DNA from: a virus
Taxonomy: Duplodnaviria > Caudoviricetes
Length of the DNA stretch: 51,337 bases
Direction: 5' to 3' (one strand)
Virus record (IMG/VR): IMGVR_UViG_3300037482_000259
Coordinates: 1 to 51,337 of that record
Shown: positions 1-9,141 of the stretch, piece after piece
Layout: the number at the start of each line of letters is the position of its first letter
Numbering within the stretch: position 1 is the stretch's first letter
Position numbers and translations under genes: made by a program
Notes under the pieces: model-generated
Databases searched by the model: none
What the model saw: only the letters and a program-made list of their open reading frames with translations
Told to the model about the DNA's origin: nothing

Positions 1-127
1 GATCACCACGTTCTCATACAATTTTGCCATGTTATCTCGTGCTCGTTCCCGATATCTGCACAGCCTGCAGCACAGTTGTCCAGCGATTGTCCTGAATCTC
101 GTGATGCGCCCCCGTGATGACATAGGT
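1..127. repeat. 127-bp terminal overlap, copy 1 (circular assembly)
   Basis: Identical to 51211-51337. It cuts through coding sequence, so it is most likely an assembler k-mer overlap. Confidence 0.95.
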
Positions 128-3100
128 GCGGTCTAGCGCCTCCATCTCGTCATGTAGCTGCCACTGCACCCCGTATGTCTGCCCGGAAAAATAGCCAGAC
201 CCATCTCCTACCAGTTCCATCACCACTTCATAGGGCCGGCTCAGTTGAAAATAAATGCGTTTGGCTCCGGCCTCGGCGGCGCTGGCATCGGCGTATATCT
301 GTTCCGGCATTCGGATCTTGCGGCCCAATGCCGCCTGGGTAGCCGGCCAGTAGGCGGTGCCGGAACTGGCATCGTCAGGGCTGCGCCAGGGCAGCTCGAT
401 TTGACCGGTTGTCTTGCCGTAGTTCCAGATCACCTCGATACGCCCTATCTCGTCCCTGGTCAGTTCGCCCAGTTCACTGGGGATGGCGTCGGGCGTAGTG
501 AGGCTCCAGAACGGGTCCTTGAATATCCACAGCTTACTGTCTCGCCGCACGACGATGCGCACGTTGCTAAATTCCGCCAGGTCCGCCAGCACCGGCCATA
601 GCATATCTGTCGCCGTCGTGTAGTTGACCACCGTGGGCGTGTTGTCATTCGCCCCGCCCACCGATAGCTGAGTGCCATCGCTTCCCCTAAGTGCCCCATC
701 CGGCAGGCCGAACTTGTCGCACAACCGTTTCATGGCCCCGGCGATGGTGTCACTGGCCACGTAGTTGGTAGAATCATACACGCTACTGTCCACGTTCAAC
801 GTGACCTCTGACAACATACAGTAGTAGGGTACCGTAAGCGGTCCCGCCGCCGTGCCCATTTCGTAGATGGCAATCAGCAGATAGCCGATGCGCGGGTAGG
901 GGCTGCCAAAGGTATACGTGTACGGGCTGGTCGTGTTGTCCGTGACTGTGCTCCCGATCTGCGTCCAGTCGTCGGTGTAGTAGAGGGTGTCCGGGTCACG
1001 CACGGCTATCTGGTTGGAGCGCCATAGGTCGAAGTCCCGGGGGAACGGCTGGCCAGCCGGGGCGTTGATGGTAAATGACGTGATGGGCAGCGCCCTGGTG
1101 GCGATACTGCCATCCACCACGTAGATGGGATCGCCCTCGTCATGTTCGGCGGCCGTGGTGCTGTTGGCTCCCCTGGTGCAGCCGGTGATGGCGCTGGTCG
1201 TCTTGCCGGTGTAGGTGATTTGCTCGGTGCCGATTTGGATAGTGCCACTGTCATTCAGCCCGTCGGTAGAGGCAATGCCGGCGGCATCGGCTATGGCGAT
1301 GGTCTGCACCGAACTGTTGATGTCGGCACTCAGGCGCAGGTCCATCGACGGCATTTGGATGATGACCCACTCCGGCAGGCCGCCCGTCAGGTCTGCCGGG
1401 TAGTAGCCTGGATAATGGACGAAATCGGCAATCCAGTAGTCGGCAGCCTCCGTAGGGCTGACCGGCGTATAGTCGTAGCGCATGGTTTCGCCCGCACCAG
1501 GCACGGCCAGGAGGCTGCTCTGGTTGCTGGTGGAAGTCAGCCAAAGAGGAGAGGGTGACGGGCCGACAGGCCCATCCCCGATGCCCGGCTTTTGCGACGT
1601 GCCCCAGGCCACTACGGAACGGTAGGCAACGCCCACCTGGTCATACATCACCAGCCAGTTGCCTTCAGGCGCCCGCAGGTTCTTGAAGAAATCGTTGCCC
1701 TTGCTGGTTAACACAGACGTGCTACCGTCGGCGAACTTTATCAGGCTGGGCGACCCCTGATCCAACGTGTGGCTATCGATGGTGTAATCGCCGCCGGCCA
1801 TGCTATAGGGCACGCGCCCGCCAGAATCATCGTTGCGCTGGATGATAATCTGGATGGGCGTGGCGGGCAGCGGGCCGCCCTCTACCCGGTAATCGTTCTG
1901 AATGGCGTGGTTGCCCAACGCTTGGCGTGCCTGCTCGGCCGTGCCCTGGCTGTGGATGCCCACGTCGGCGTCGCCGTTCAGGTCGATAAGCACGCTGCCG
2001 GATGTCGGCAATGGCGGCGTGAAACCCAGTTCATAGCGCTCGGCGTAGCCCTTGCCGATGGTTATCTCGCGGGCGTTAAACACTTCCGTGGCGTCATGGT
2101 CCGGGTTCTCGGCGGCGAACAGGTCGGCATCCTCGGCAATGACGTACTTGTCCCCGGATACGGCGCTGCCCGAATAGGGGATGCCCAGGGTGAGATCCTC
2201 ATCACTGTTGGCTCCGGTGTCGGACGTGCCCAGGTGATTGCAACAGTGCAGAGAGCCGCTGGGGCTGTTGACGTTGTTGATGAAGGTAATCTCAATCCAG
2301 CCGTAGCCATCGCCCTGCCCCGGATATTTGCCGAGATGCACCTGGCTAATGTGGCAATCTGGGCTAGCGGCGTTGTCAATACCGTCGTAGATGGTGCCGG
2401 GGTCAATGACCGGGAAGCGGTTGCCGATGTAGCGTTCCGATATCCAGAGGGTATCGGATTCCCCGTCCACCACGTTGCTGGCTGCCAGGGAGGGTTCCGC
2501 CCCTGGGAACGCCCCGGTGTAGATGGCCTTGTACGGCTTTGCCAGCGTGCCCGATGCAATGGCCGTGGCGTCCACGCTCAGTTCCTCCGCGCCGACCTTC
2601 AGCCCGCTTACCTCGATATCCGTCAGCATCCCGTCCAGGCCGACGATGGTCGCCGTCCATTCCCGCTTCAGGCTGGCATCGTCCACAACCGCCGGGTTTT
2701 TGAGCCAGCCCACCAGCTCGTTGGTCCAACTGCCCCAGGCGCCCGTGCTGAAATTGGCCTTGCGCACCTGCACCAGCACGAGCCAGGTATTGCGCAGCGC
2801 CATCTGCGGAAAGTTGGCGCCGGACAGCTTGGCACTCCAGCCAAAGGCTGATAGCTGCTGATTGGCCTGTTCTGAGAACTGGATGGCATTGTCCACGTAC
2901 AATTCCAGCGGCCACCAGAAGCGTACGACAGCGCCGGCGGTATGTTCGCCGTTGTACTCGCCGTCCACCGTCTCCCAAAAGTCTATCGTCAGGGTGCCGG
3001 AACTGTTGGCGCTGTAGCGCGCATAGGTCCACGATTCGCCAGCCGCATTGGGGCCGAGCCACACGCCACCCGTGGCCGGGTAGTTGGTAGCGGATATCTG

Positions 3101-3274
3101 GAAGGTGCCCGCCGTGGCCAGTGTATTGACGGCCAGGGTGGTATCAGCCACGGGCGTATAGGCAGCGCCGTAGTTGAGTACCGTCCAGTCCCAGAAAGCG
3201 GCATTGCTGTCCTTCAGGAAGGGCGGCCCCAGGAATGCTCTCCACTGGGCGGCGTGCTGCGCGGGAACGGTCAT
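32..3274 (-). CDS. Large tail tip/hub (minor tail) protein, 1080 aa
   Basis: Second gene after the tape measure. Beta-rich, with a 'TIQIGTEQITYTGKT...TGCTRGANSTTAAEH' module typical of tail proteins and a hub-like C-terminus. Confidence 0.75.
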   Translation of the reverse strand: MTVPAQHAAQWRAFLGPPFLKDSNAAFWDWTVLNYGAAYTPVADTTLAVNTLATAGTFQISATNYPATGGVWLGPNAAGESWTYARYSANSSGTLTIDFWETVDGEYNGEHTAGAVVRFWWPLELYVDNAIQFSEQANQQLSAFGWSAKLSGANFPQMALRNTWLVLVQVRKANFSTGAWGSWTNELVGWLKNPAVVDDASLKREWTATIVGLDGMLTDIEVSGLKVGAEELSVDATAIASGTLAKPYKAIYTGAFPGAEPSLAASNVVDGESDTLWISERYIGNRFPVIDPGTIYDGIDNAASPDCHISQVHLGKYPGQGDGYGWIEITFINNVNSPSGSLHCCNHLGTSDTGANSDEDLTLGIPYSGSAVSGDKYVIAEDADLFAAENPDHDATEVFNAREITIGKGYAERYELGFTPPLPTSGSVLIDLNGDADVGIHSQGTAEQARQALGNHAIQNDYRVEGGPLPATPIQIIIQRNDDSGGRVPYSMAGGDYTIDSHTLDQGSPSLIKFADGSTSVLTSKGNDFFKNLRAPEGNWLVMYDQVGVAYRSVVAWGTSQKPGIGDGPVGPSPSPLWLTSTSNQSSLLAVPGAGETMRYDYTPVSPTEAADYWIADFVHYPGYYPADLTGGLPEWVIIQMPSMDLRLSADINSSVQTIAIADAAGIASTDGLNDSGTIQIGTEQITYTGKTTSAITGCTRGANSTTAAEHDEGDPIYVVDGSIATRALPITSFTINAPAGQPFPRDFDLWRSNQIAVRDPDTLYYTDDWTQIGSTVTDNTTSPYTYTFGSPYPRIGYLLIAIYEMGTAAGPLTVPYYCMLSEVTLNVDSSVYDSTNYVASDTIAGAMKRLCDKFGLPDGALRGSDGTQLSVGGANDNTPTVVNYTTATDMLWPVLADLAEFSNVRIVVRRDSKLWIFKDPFWSLTTPDAIPSELGELTRDEIGRIEVIWNYGKTTGQIELPWRSPDDASSGTAYWPATQAALGRKIRMPEQIYADASAAEAGAKRIYFQLSRPYEVVMELVGDGSGYFSGQTYGVQWQLHDEMEALDRTYVITGAHHEIQDNRWTTVLQAVQISGTSTR

Positions 3275-3708
3275 ACGCCTAGAATCGGGTCCTCACCCGT
3301 GACCGGTGCGATGCCCACGGCGGCATACTGCGTGGTGGGCAGGGTGGCAATGATACCCTCAATACGCCAGCGTACGTTCTGAAAGTGGTTGGTGTGGAAA
3401 CTGTCGGCCTGCGGGCGGTGGATGACGACGCTTGTGAACGTGCTCAGGCCGGTGTCATGCACGCCGTCGGCATTCCAGATGGTCACATCCGCCGTCGCCG
3501 AATAGGCGCTGCCCAGAACCCGGACCGTGATCCAGCGCCACTCCGGGATGGTCAGTGTGTCCCATTGCCACTCGACAGCCGCCAGCCCCGCCGCAATCGC
3601 CACGCTGTTGCCGTTAGTGCGCACCTCTGCCGGGATAAACTGGTAGCGACCGCGGTCATACATGCTTTCCGGCATGGTGTACGTGTTGATGGTCGGCGCT
3701 GTCGTCAT
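3271..3708 (-). CDS. Putative distal tail protein, 145 aa
   Basis: Directly downstream of the tape measure with ATGA coupling; call rests on size and synteny only. Confidence 0.55.
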   Translation of the reverse strand: MTTAPTINTYTMPESMYDRGRYQFIPAEVRTNGNSVAIAAGLAAVEWQWDTLTIPEWRWITVRVLGSAYSATADVTIWNADGVHDTGLSTFTSVVIHRPQADSFHTNHFQNVRWRIEGIIATLPTTQYAAVGIAPVTGEDPILGV

Positions 3709-5855
3709 GGTGTGGTTGCTCCTGGTGTAGCATTGTTGCCGGACAATCCAGCGTTGAACTGAGCCAGGATATAGGATACGAGCCGGTAGCCGATGCCCAG
3801 TTCGTCCGTCGTGCTCAGGATGCTATCGTTGATGACGGTCGCCAGCGTCTTGCCGCTCTGGATGATGGCACCCTGCACCTTGTCGCTCTTGATCTCGTCC
3901 TCGAACTTGGTCGCCAACGGCTGCTGAATACTGAGCCCTTCCACCATGGAATCGCCCAGGGAAGTCAGCGCCCCGGACTTGGCGCCCTCGAACACGTCTT
4001 GCAAGCCCTGGCCCTTGAGGAAGTCCATGATGTTTTTTCGGCCCAACTCCTCTTGCCCCTTGTTGAACAGGCCCGTACGGATGGCGTCCAGGTCCAGAAG
4101 TTCCAGGTTTTCCGGCTTGGCAAAGAACTGGCCGGATGCCCACTGGGCACGCACCTGCTCTAGAATAGCCTCTGGCGACAGGCCAGGCCCCAGACCGGCG
4201 CGGCGGGCCGCATCGTTGATGTCAATGCCCGGTCCCCACTCTTTTTTGTTGAGCACCTCATCCGCCAGCCGTCTCAGGTAGTTGTCCGCAAAGTTCTGGG
4301 GGATGCCCATACGGGCCTGTTTCAGTTGTTCTTCCGTCACCTGGCTTGTACCGAAAATGCCAGGGATGCCGGACAAGGCCGACTCAAATTCGCTGGCGGC
4401 TTTCTCAAATGCCCGTTCCGTCTCGCTGGCGGCCTTCTTGAAGGCCCGCTCTGCTTCTCTGGCGGCTTCCTCGTTCGCCCGGCCTATCTCCCGGTTCTGC
4501 TCCCTGGCCTCGTCCGTACTGTCGCGCAGGGCGGACATCATGTCGTCAAAGTTGCGTTCGCCAGTGCGAATGCCGGCGCTGCCCGGAATGCCTATACCGC
4601 CAGCTCCGAAAGAGGGCGAGAAGGGCTGGCCCGGCCCGTTGAGGATAAAGCCTTCCAGGGCGGCAAAATTTTCGGCGGCCAGGCGGGCGGCTTCGGCCAG
4701 GTCCACAGTCTTGGCAGCGGCCACCTCCGCCGCATCGCCCACGGCCGTGATGGTGTTGACGTTGGCGGCCAGGAATTCGTTGGCACGCTGGATTAGCTGG
4801 ATTTCATTCTCGTCTATGGGGGCCGTCTCAAGGGCGGCGGCCCTGGCCACATCGCCCAGGCGGTCACGCAGTTCGGCGGCGCCCGGTATCTGCTTGGCGA
4901 CGGCCTTGTCCATCTCGCCCAACAGGTCGATAATTTTGCGCATCCCGCTAATTTGGGATTGCGGGTCCTGGCCGGTGATGGCGGTCTGGATAAAGTCCTG
5001 GACCGGGTTACGCCCTTGCAGACGGCGGATGGCCGTCTCCAACATGCCGACCTGTTCCCTCGTGCCGCCGCCGCCCAGGGCGATGCCCACTTCCCGAAAT
5101 GCCTGGTTGAACACGTCTCCTACGTTGCTTTCGGCTAGCTCTTGCTTGAAATTCTGCCAACCGGCGCGCAGGATTTCCAGGCTACTGGCGGCGGTCAAGG
5201 CGCCGTCCTCGAATTCTTTGAAACGTTCCTCGCCTACCGACATGGCGGCTTCAAAGAATGCCTGCGTGTCGTCCATCGTCTTGCGCAGTTCCTCGAATTT
5301 CTTTCTGGTCTTGTCCGAGGAAATGCCCAGGGTATCCAGCCGCACGAAACTCAGATTGGCCGCCGCCAGTTGCAGATTTTCCATGGCCGCAACGGTGTCC
5401 ACGCCCATGATGCGGCCGGAGATGGAGGCAAAGCGAGTGAAGCGTTCCAACTGCTCGGCACTGTCCGCCATGCCCAGGGCCGTCGCCTTGTTGGCAATGT
5501 TCATGGCTTGCAGGTTGTCTATGGCCCCACCGGACGCATTGCGCACGGCATTGAGCTTGGCCGCTGCTGCATCCGCCCCCCCGGATAGGATCGTAAACGC
5601 TTCCGAGGACCGCTTTACCTGCGTGCCCAGTTCTGACATTTCGATGGCGAGGCCGGCCAGTTCCCGCACGCCCAGGCCGATGCCCAGTACCCCCACCGCA
5701 GACTGAAGGCCCGAAAAGGCTTTCTGCATCCGCTGCACCCGGTTTTCGGTCTGGCGCGCTTCCTGTCCCACGCGCCGGGTATTGCGCACGATATCCTGCA
5801 TCGTGGGGCTGGTCTTGTCTTCGAGGCGGGCTGTGCCGATTAGGTCAAATGGCAT
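3705..5855 (-). CDS. Tail tape measure protein, 716 aa
   Basis: Long Ala/Gly-rich helical protein with an N-terminal 'LEDKTSPTM' motif; follows the frameshifting chaperone gene. Confidence 0.9.
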   Translation of the reverse strand: MPFDLIGTARLEDKTSPTMQDIVRNTRRVGQEARQTENRVQRMQKAFSGLQSAVGVLGIGLGVRELAGLAIEMSELGTQVKRSSEAFTILSGGADAAAAKLNAVRNASGGAIDNLQAMNIANKATALGMADSAEQLERFTRFASISGRIMGVDTVAAMENLQLAAANLSFVRLDTLGISSDKTRKKFEELRKTMDDTQAFFEAAMSVGEERFKEFEDGALTAASSLEILRAGWQNFKQELAESNVGDVFNQAFREVGIALGGGGTREQVGMLETAIRRLQGRNPVQDFIQTAITGQDPQSQISGMRKIIDLLGEMDKAVAKQIPGAAELRDRLGDVARAAALETAPIDENEIQLIQRANEFLAANVNTITAVGDAAEVAAAKTVDLAEAARLAAENFAALEGFILNGPGQPFSPSFGAGGIGIPGSAGIRTGERNFDDMMSALRDSTDEAREQNREIGRANEEAAREAERAFKKAASETERAFEKAASEFESALSGIPGIFGTSQVTEEQLKQARMGIPQNFADNYLRRLADEVLNKKEWGPGIDINDAARRAGLGPGLSPEAILEQVRAQWASGQFFAKPENLELLDLDAIRTGLFNKGQEELGRKNIMDFLKGQGLQDVFEGAKSGALTSLGDSMVEGLSIQQPLATKFEDEIKSDKVQGAIIQSGKTLATVINDSILSTTDELGIGYRLVSYILAQFNAGLSGNNATPGATTP

Positions 5856-5863
5856 GGCATTTG

Positions 5864-5872
5864 TGCTATACT
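5864..5872 (+). promoter_or_regulatory. Extended -10 promoter (TGcTATACT) for the small antisense-oriented gene
   Basis: Extended -10 motif followed by an AGGAGG RBS and ATG at 5890. Confidence 0.65.
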
Positions 5873-5889
5873 AGTTCCAGGAGGAACGA

Positions 5890-6051
5890 ATGTACGATTT
5901 GATTTGGATAGTCCTGATCGTCGGTCTTCTAGCATCGCCGTTTCTGCTCAAGGTACTGGTCACATGGCTCTTTCGCATTGACGAAAGTATCGCCAACCAG
6001 GAGCGTATCATTGCTCTGCTGGAAGAACGGGAACGCGAACGTGTCGCTTGA
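5890..6051 (+). CDS. 53-aa membrane protein (moron), not in the ORF track
   Basis: MYDLIWIVLIVGLLASPFLLKVLVTWLFRIDESIANQERIIALLEERERERVA; has its own promoter and a strong RBS. Confidence 0.75.
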   Translation: MYDLIWIVLIVGLLASPFLLKVLVTWLFRIDESIANQERIIALLEERERERVA

Positions 6052-6250
6052 GTAGTTCCCGCAGTTCGTCATAGCCGTATACTTTCGGCTGGGCAGCGGC
6101 TTCCCTGTCCCGCTTTTCCCTTTGCGTCCCCGCAATCCAGGCCCGTTGCGCTGCCGTCAGCCGCCAGGCCGGTGTGGCGAACATCCATTGCCCCATCTCG
6201 GAGGCCAGGGTCAGGCGGCTTTCATTCCCCGACCTCCAGGCTAGTTTTTT
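6008..6250 (-). CDS. -1 frameshift extension of the tail assembly chaperone (gpGT-like)
   Basis: Slippery A-AAA-AAC at 6250-6244 sits just before the TAG; the -1 frame is open (LAWRSGNESRLTLASEMGQWMF...) to 6008. Confidence 0.8.
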   Translation of the reverse strand, partial: KKLAWRSGNESRLTLASEMGQWMFATPAWRLTAAQRAWIAGTQREKRDREAAAQPKVYGYDELRELLKRHVRVPVLPAEQ

Positions 6251-6900
6251 GCCGTGTCCACCAGCGTTAGCACTTCGTCCAGATAGGGTTGCAGGCTCTT
6301 GCGCATGTCACGCCCCAGGGCGTACCAGCGTTTCAGCCCCTCCTCGGTCTCCACGTCAAACAGCAGGTTCCCGGCCCTATCCACCAAAAGGCGCGGGAGC
6401 AAGTAACTGTCCCGCGCCATAAGTGCTCTCTGGTGGGCAAACTGCCTTGCCCGGTCATAGTTCTCAGGCCGCACGATGTTGCTCAAGCGGTTGACGATGA
6501 GCATCAACTCATGCGCTTCCTCTGCCGTCAGGCCGATGGTTTCCAGCGGTTCCGGTGCCGGCTCGTTTTCGTCCTCGGCCGGATGTTCCGCCCGCCACAC
6601 CTCTACCGCCCTGTCCCGTTTGGCAATCAGTTCCGCTTGCCGCTCCTCGGCTGCCGTGACGATGGCTTTCATGTTGGCCAGCCAGTCATCCGTGGGCGGC
6701 AGCATTTTCAGCCGGCGCATGGACGGGCTTTCGATGGCGGCCTGGTAGGCGGCGGAATACTCAAGGTTGGCGTCGTCATACAGCCAGTCGTCCGGCTGGG
6801 CAACGAACCATTCGCTGACATTCAGGCATTCAGGCGGTGATTCGGTGATTCGCACCGGCTCTCCGGTCAGAATCATCCGTGTCGCCCGGTTTAGGGACAT
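6241..6900 (-). CDS. Tail assembly chaperone (gpG-like), 219 aa
   Basis: GGAGG RBS before ATG 6900; lies between tail tube and TMP; ends in a slippery heptamer. Confidence 0.8.
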   Translation of the reverse strand: MSLNRATRMILTGEPVRITESPPECLNVSEWFVAQPDDWLYDDANLEYSAAYQAAIESPSMRRLKMLPPTDDWLANMKAIVTAAEERQAELIAKRDRAVEVWRAEHPAEDENEPAPEPLETIGLTAEEAHELMLIVNRLSNIVRPENYDRARQFAHQRALMARDSYLLPRLLVDRAGNLLFDVETEEGLKRWYALGRDMRKSLQPYLDEVLTLVDTAKN

Positions 6901-6911
6901 AGTGCCTCCGC

Positions 6912-7418
6912 TTACGTGCTGCCGATGCCCGCGCTCGGCGTGTAGTAAAGGTTCTCGCACACCCCGTTCACGGTCGCCCGGGCAGAGCCGGTGTCACCGC
7001 CAACCGGGATGTTGTTGCTGATCGGGTTCCAGTTGTCAATCGTCCATACGCCCTGCAAGTTGCCGGCTGCGATGCTATCGTACATTTCGATGGTGTAGTC
7101 GGCAGCCGTACTGTCCGGCGTCAGCTCGATTTGCTCGTTGCCCACCCAGCCCGTTGCCGGGTTCAGCGTATCGGCGCTGTTCATGAGCAGGGCGTACTCG
7201 GACATGGAATTGCTCAGGTAGATGACCACGTTCAGGTTGCTGGTCTTCGGTTCCCGCTGCTGGTAGCGGGTGATGTCCGACAGGCGCGTCTCCTCGGTGA
7301 CGGTAATCGATTCGTCAATCGTGAAAGATTGCACCTGCGATATGACCGTGGTCGATTTCTTCAGCACAAACTCGTGCCACTTCTTGGTCTGTCGTGCGGC
7401 AATCGTGGGAAATGCCAT
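6912..7418 (-). CDS. Major tail tube protein, 168 aa
   Basis: Beta-rich; start MAFPTIAARQ; immediately upstream of the chaperone. Confidence 0.75.
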   Translation of the reverse strand: MAFPTIAARQTKKWHEFVLKKSTTVISQVQSFTIDESITVTEETRLSDITRYQQREPKTSNLNVVIYLSNSMSEYALLMNSADTLNPATGWVGNEQIELTPDSTAADYTIEMYDSIAAGNLQGVWTIDNWNPISNNIPVGGDTGSARATVNGVCENLYYTPSAGIGST

Positions 7419-7435
7419 ATGGGTACTCCGTTCAG

Positions 7436-8200
7436 TTACCGGTAGAAATCGGGCGCTGGCCCGTTGCGGTAGATGGTTTCCTGGCTGCGCACCTGGCGCC
7501 CGCCGTCCAGGTATTCCGGCTCTACAAGCCCATCGTCCAGGTTGCGAATCTCCCAGAGCTGGTCGTTGCTCACCGTGGGCCATATGGCGTGGGCATCGTC
7601 CATGATATGGCCGCACACCAGGCCGAAATCATGCGCCTGCGTGAAGCCACGCTGCTTGCAGTCCAGGGAGAGCATCCAGTCATTGGATACCCTGTGTTCC
7701 GGGTGGCAGCGGAACTGGATGGCCTCCAGCACAGGGCGGCGGATGAGCGTGCAGCCCATGCCGGTGCCGTCGGTGAGCTGCACCTTGCCCCACAGCTTGC
7801 GGGCTGCCAGTGGGCGGGCGCTGTGACTCATGGAAGTGATAGGGCCCAGGAAGTAGAAGGCTAGCCACTTGAAACCGTCGCGCCGGCGATGCCTGGACAC
7901 GTACAAGCCATAGGCTACGTCGGCCTTGACGGCCACCAGCCGGCGTATCGTGTCAGGCGGAACCAACATATCGCTCTCGATCGTGAGCAGGGCATCGTAG
8001 CCGCCGCATAGAGCCAGGTCCCTGGCATGGTTGAACTTCTTGGTAATGTTCTCGTATGGGTGGGCGTCGGTGGGATGGTCCTCCCGCCCATACATGATTT
8101 CGTAGGGCTCATCCCAGTCCAGGCCCATGATGCACTCCTGGGTCTGGGGATAGATGGCGGGCGGCGCCGGGTCCAAGGGCACGTACACGAGGATGCGCAT
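7436..8200 (-). CDS. GT-A fold (GT2-like) glycosyltransferase, 254 aa
   Basis: 'NHARDLAL..GYDALLTIESDML' (DxD-like ESD), 'GMGCTLIRRPVLE', 'DWMLSLDC...CGH'. Confidence 0.85.
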   Translation of the reverse strand: MRILVYVPLDPAPPAIYPQTQECIMGLDWDEPYEIMYGREDHPTDAHPYENITKKFNHARDLALCGGYDALLTIESDMLVPPDTIRRLVAVKADVAYGLYVSRHRRRDGFKWLAFYFLGPITSMSHSARPLAARKLWGKVQLTDGTGMGCTLIRRPVLEAIQFRCHPEHRVSNDWMLSLDCKQRGFTQAHDFGLVCGHIMDDAHAIWPTVSNDQLWEIRNLDDGLVEPEYLDGGRQVRSQETIYRNGPAPDFYR

Positions 8201-8664
8201 TACACTCCCGAATAGACCCAGATGGGCAGGGTGATTCTGAGAAAGTCGAAGTTACCCACGTGAATCAGCCCCTCGTCGGCTACGGCTTCCATGGCGTAGT
8301 TGATGCGCCCATCCGACGTCAGCTCCCCGATGCTTGACCCGTCCGTCAGGCCCAGGTCAGGATTGGAGAGCAGCGTGTTCATGGCCTGGTCGGGAATGCT
8401 TCTGGCCCGCACGGTCAGTGCTCCCCTGTCCCCCAGGAACTTGACCCAGAACTCTAACCTGAGCTGGTGCACCTGGTGGTCCGGCCCGCCGGAAACGCCG
8501 ATGCTGATATAGCGACTGCGCTGCCCAAAGGCCGGGATAATCAGGGCCGTATCCTGCGTCACGATGGGCGGGTCGTAGTCCTCGATACTGCTCTGGTCGA
8601 TAGCCGAGATGTTGGCTACCAACAGGGCTTTGACCGCTTCCGCCAATGCTGCTATGGTCGCCAT
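8200..8664 (-). CDS. Tail terminator/completion protein, 154 aa
   Basis: Synteny in the neck region and an alpha/beta pattern typical of gpU-like proteins. Confidence 0.6.
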   Translation of the reverse strand: MATIAALAEAVKALLVANISAIDQSSIEDYDPPIVTQDTALIIPAFGQRSRYISIGVSGGPDHQVHQLRLEFWVKFLGDRGALTVRARSIPDQAMNTLLSNPDLGLTDGSSIGELTSDGRINYAMEAVADEGLIHVGNFDFLRITLPIWVYSGV

Positions 8665-8667
8665 GCG

Positions 8668-9141
8668 TCACTCGCTCGCATAATCGTAGCTGTCATAGCT
8701 GCCCTCGAATGTGCCACTATAGCCGTCCACCTTGCGCATCTGTACCGTGCGCAGGCGCCGGCGTTTCTTGGTGCTGGATAGCGACATGCCGACGGTAGTG
8801 AGGTCGGAGGCGAGCAGGTCGGACAGACCGGCGTGGAACATCCTCAACACCCGTTCGGCCTGGGTGTCGCCTTCTCCCGTTCCCGTGTCCATGCCCCTGG
8901 CCTGGTGCCAGAGGTGTAGGGCGTACAGGTTGTTGAGACCCTGCAACTCCGGCCATACGTCCATGGACGTGGTAGCGGGGATGGTGTAGCCCTTGCTGGC
9001 CAGTGCCCGGTTGATGATGGCGTAGCCCTGCGTGAGCCACGCCTTGACGGCGTTGACATCGGGCACGTCCGTGCTGGCTAACCCCATCCCCGCGACTAGA
9101 TTTCTAACCCCGTCCTCACTGCCGTACAGTTGCGTCGCCAT
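8668..9141 (-). CDS. Head-tail adaptor (Mu gp36/HK97 gp6-like), 157 aa
   Basis: 'YGSEDGV', 'IINRALASKGYTIP' helical pattern; position after the capsid genes. Confidence 0.7.
   Translation of the reverse strand: MATQLYGSEDGVRNLVAGMGLASTDVPDVNAVKAWLTQGYAIINRALASKGYTIPATTSMDVWPELQGLNNLYALHLWHQARGMDTGTGEGDTQAERVLRMFHAGLSDLLASDLTTVGMSLSSTKKRRRLRTVQMRKVDGYSGTFEGSYDSYDYASE

Noticed and set aside
1-127. Biological direct terminal repeat
   Set aside because: It is exactly 127 bp and cuts through coding sequence, which fits an assembler k-mer overlap rather than a packaging end.
4282-5706. Long plus-strand ORFs (also 9145-10350, 15441-16406, 33574-34998, and minus-strand 47192-48340)
   Set aside because: These are shadow frames of real high-GC genes, with no convincing RBS or recognisable motifs.
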